Part shown: positions 14,723-15,812 of the stretch, in pieces
Numbering within the stretch: position 1 is the stretch's first letter
Layout of the letters: every line of letters begins with the position of its first letter
Source: Fonticula alba ATCC 38817
Lineage: Eukaryota; Protista; Nucleariida
DNA length: 15,812 nucleotides
Strand: one strand, 5' to 3'
Assembly (NCBI GenBank): GCA_000388065.2
Contig: KB932212.1
Translations under genes and position numbers: made by a program
The notes under the pieces: model-generated
The model's database searches: none
What the model was told of the DNA's origin: nothing
What the model saw: the letters and a program-made list of their open reading frames with translations, nothing else

Positions 14723-15812
14723 GCCCCGGGCCGGGTCGATCGGCGGGAGGGCGTTTCAGTCGGCCTGGTAGCTGCCGGCTCCGGGCGACGCCCGCCGTCC
14801 TGATCGTAGGTTTCATCGGCTCACGCCGTCATCGCTTCCCCCCAACACACCGGGGAGGCGAGAAATTGCACCCGGCCGGGGGGGGGGGCCCTGCGGTCCA
14901 TTCCTCCGAGACGCACGCCAGGGCAGGGCGGTCCGTTTGCAGGCGCACTTCGGGGCGCCCACCCGCGGCCCGGACACGCGCACACACACACACACACACA
15001 CACACCGCACAGGCGTGTCGATCCGCGCGCGCGCGCGCGTACGGACCCCGGCGCACGCACGCGACCGGGCGCGCACCCCGGGCCCTGAGCGCGTTGGGAA
15101 CGCCCGGCCAGGAGCCGATCGGCCGGCGGCCGTGGGGATTCCTGCCCCGACCCCCCGGCACCAGGGGGGGCCAGGCGCCATGGAAAGGTGGCACACGGCC
15201 GCCCGGTGCGGCCCGGTGCGGCCGGGGGGGGGGGGGGGAGCAACAGAGCAGGCAGGCGTGCCCCGCGCCCCTGCCGCCGGCTCCCCTGGTCCCTGGACCC
15301 GGGGAGCCGGCCGGCGGGCTCGACGGCGGCCTCGCCGGGCCGAAATGCGGCCCAAGCGCGCCGGGGCTTATGAAAGCCGGACGTGCTTCGCGCTTTCGGT
15401 TAAGCGAATACATGGGTAATGACTGGAACTTCGCGCGGGCCGGGGGCGAGCGCGCGCGCGCGCACACACACACACACACACGCTGGCCGGCCGACACCGC
15501 CGGCGAGCGGCGATGCTCCCGGGCCGGCGCCGCGCGCCGCGCGCAGGTGCAAATTCCCGGCCCGGCGCGGGCCGGCCGGAAGCCAGGCCAGGGCCTTCTT
15601 TAGCCGGAGCTGGCAGGCCGGCCGCCCCGCCCGGGTGGACCACCTGCGTGCCCTCGCGAGGGGACATTATGCCGGCCCGGAGGCATGATGACACATCGCC
15701 CAGGCTCAGGACAACCGGGGGATCGCATCCTGGTCTGGGCTCCGCTCGCGCAGGGGCCGGTGCCTGGCGCCGGCTTGAGTGTGTGCGACCCATCCCCCCC
15801 CCCTCCCCCCCC

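Noticed and set aside
12454-15603. 1049-aa plus-strand ORF
   Set aside because: Starts in a microsatellite, crosses 359 N, is Gly/Arg/Pro/Ala-rich and lacks the codon bias of the real genes. It reflects stop scarcity in GC-rich DNA.
15685-15770. ATGATGA box C-like motif suggesting a C/D snoRNA
   Set aside because: I found no suitably placed CTGA box D or terminal stem.

Overview
GC-rich eukaryotic genomic DNA with short C-rich spliceosomal introns, many G/C homopolymers, CA/GT microsatellites and two N gaps (1253-1413, 14364-14722). It holds three supportable protein-coding genes. (1) eIF3 subunit E on +, whose six coding exons lie in non-collinear order: the exons encoding the middle of the protein (26-130, 261-386) sit upstream of the ATG exon (614-830). 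All splice phases fit the order 614-830, 974-1131, 26-130, 261-386, 1509-2150, 2389-2715 (524 aa). Misassembly around the N gap is the simplest explanation, but a real rearrangement is not excluded. (2) A class II myosin heavy chain on + (join 7299-7478, 7593-11087; 1224 aa) with a complete motor and neck but a coiled-coil tail of only about 409 aa. (3) A convergent minus-strand gene (11804-12442, 212 aa) resembling proteasome assembly chaperone 3 with several insertions. Nearly all other ORFs in the track are GC-content or antisense artefacts. Fungal-like myosin motifs and GTRYGY donors suggest a Holomycota-type opisthokont; a Fonticula-like protist is my guess and is unverified.
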